Assembly: GCA_002633005.1 (NCBI GenBank)
Contig: NMRA01000210.1
Location: 124,001 to 188,000 of the forward strand
Reading direction: 5' to 3'
DNA length: 64,000 bases
Origin: Phoronis australis
Taxonomy: Eukaryota; Animalia; Phoronida
Below, one piece after another: positions 62,133 to 64,000 of this stretch. How positions within the stretch are numbered: the first letter of the stretch is position 1; every line of letters begins with the position of its first letter. Made by a program: the position numbers and the translations under genes. The notes beneath the pieces are model-generated. The model saw nothing but the letters and a program-made list of their open reading frames with translations. It was not told the DNA's origin and did no database searches.

Positions 62133-63590
62133 ACTAGAATGCAATTGCGTATGCGCACTTACAACTCTGTGCGTGGTGTACGCACGTGCAGAGTAAAGTG
62201 TAGGCGAATTACATTGCACAGAAGTTGCACCCTTTGGGTGAAAGAGGTAGATGTCCGTTTTAAGTATGAAAGAGCAAGAGTGCAAAGTTAGAATATCAAC
62301 AGAAAACTGCACTTAATGACCCTACAGTTGCACCTAATGATTTCAAATTTGTGACTAAATTTCCTATATGAATGAAAATGATATACGTGATTATGTAAGA
62401 TCTAGCTCAAAAATCACTTTAATTTGCACTTACTGACCTTTCACCCAGAATTTCGGTTCAATTGATCAGATCGAAATTTCATGTAAGTTGTGCGTGCTCT
62501 TATATGGCATCAAGCTGTTCACAAAATTTGAAGAAGCAATCTCAAAAATCACAAAGGAGAAGCACTTCAACTAAATATACTGGTTGACCCCTGTTGGGTC
62601 CTATGGTGCATTTTGGGTCATACTCGTATTATCAATAGTGTTTGATTGGCATTTGGTTGAACCACCATGAATATGAACGCTCTCTGTAATACAACATCAA
62701 GGTAGGAGCTGATTGAAAAAATCTGAAATTTAAGATATAAAAGCACTTAGTGACCCCAAAGTTGCACCTAATGACTCCAAAGTTTGTGGTTCAAGTTCAT
62801 TTGTGAATAGATATAATATGCATGATTATGAAAGGTCTAGCTCAAAAATCACTTTTGCACTGGATGACCTTTGACCCGGAAACTCGGTACCTTTGATCCG
62901 ATTTAAATTCCACGTAAATTTCGGATTCAGATCTGTAGTGCCTGCTTGTTATCAAAATTTGGAGAGTCTATCTAAAAAACTGTAGAAGAAGCAATTTGAT
63001 GGAATGCATCCCTTGACCCATTTTGGGTCAATCCGGTGCATTTTTAGTCAAATTCATGTGATCAATAGAATTTGATTGGCAATTGGTTGAACTACCATGA
63101 ATATAAATACTCTCCCTACTGCATCATTCAAGTTCAAGCCGATTGAAAAAGTCTTAAATTAAACAGAAAAATGCACTTAATGACCCCAACGTTTGTGACT
63201 GAACTTCCTTTATGAATGGTAATCATATGCATGATTATGAAAGGTCTAGCTCAAAAACCACATTTGCACCAAATGACCTTTGACCCAGAAACTCAGTTCC
63301 CTTCGTCCGATTGGAATTCCAAGTAAATTTCGGATGCAGATCTCTAGTGTCTACTTGTTACCAAAATTCGAAGAGTCTATCTAAAAACCTGTAGAAGAAG
63401 CATTTTGTAAAAATGCACTTCTTGACCCATTTCGGGTCAATCCGGTGCATTTTGGGTCAAACCATTATAATCAGAAAAAACCCAATGATGAACCTATGAA
63501 CCACAGTGAATATGAATGTTGTTAGCGAATCGAAGTAAAAGTACTAACAATCTGAAACGGAAGGAAGAAGAATAAAAATAATAATAATAA
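62133..63590 (-). mobile_element. Helentron/HINE-like element with ~430-bp tandem units
   Basis: Starts AACTAG (minus-strand CTAGTT end); gcactta.tgaccc recurs at ~62309, 62742 and 63173; (AAT)n tract at the other end. Confidence 0.6.
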
Positions 63591-63591
63591 G

Positions 63592-64000
63592 AACTAGAAA
63601 GATTATTGTCACGGCGTGACAATAATGGACTCTGCGCGTGCGCATTACTGGAATTGTTTTGGGAAGCTATTGACAGCAACCCGTTTACCAATATGAAAAG
63701 GAATTCTTTAAAATTGTAGGAGAAATTACATGTTAATATTTTGATGACCTTTCCACTAATTGACCTCTTCCGGTGCATTATGAACCCCGATCAACGAATA
63801 ATTGTAAACTCGATTTAAAGTGTGGTTAATGCTAAGAATCACAGATGTTTTACTTTAAGCACTTCACAATACAAGATGAATGAATTGGTCAAACTTTCAG
63901 AAGAAAAATGCACCTAGTGACCCCTTGGGTGCACCAAATGACCTGAAAATTTAGAATTCAAACTCAATCGTATTTAGTAAACACATATGTAATATTGAAG
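63592..64000 (-). mobile_element. Second adjacent Helentron/HINE-like element, truncated by the window edge
   Basis: AACTAG followed by the perfect hairpin attattgtcac-ggc-gtgacaataat (63602-63626); a related repeat unit begins at ~63900. Confidence 0.65.

Overview
AT-rich, intron-containing animal genomic DNA, probably from a marine invertebrate (inferred from the repeat families present; the species cannot be determined). The assembly is draft quality, with N gaps and duplicated sequence next to several of them. The one convincing host gene is a minus-strand, divergent ANL-superfamily acyl-CoA synthetase (ACSF2-like). I assembled it by hand from 16 phase-consistent GT-AG exons between 28198 and 7666 (519 aa; the 5'-most coding exon or exons were not found). 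Four exons plus part of a fifth occur twice, in a 4.4 kb / 5.3 kb tandem duplication joined at a single N. The rest is mostly decayed mobile DNA: LINE remnants (CR1-like, RTE-X-like, L1/Tx1-like), a solo LTR with a 5-bp TSD, a gag fragment, an SGNH-hydrolase remnant, THAP- and SWIM-bearing DNA-transposon remnants, Tc1/mariner and other MITEs, and Helentron/HINE-type elements carrying satellite arrays. Three structures stand out: (1) a ~175-bp tandem array whose units carry 18-bp inverted arms around a 7-bp asymmetric spacer that is flipped in some units, a loxP-like geometry; (2) a HINE-borne array of eight co-oriented CTCF-like motifs at ~146-bp spacing; (3) inverted pairs of Penelope-type minimal hammerhead ribozyme cores inside a minisatellite.
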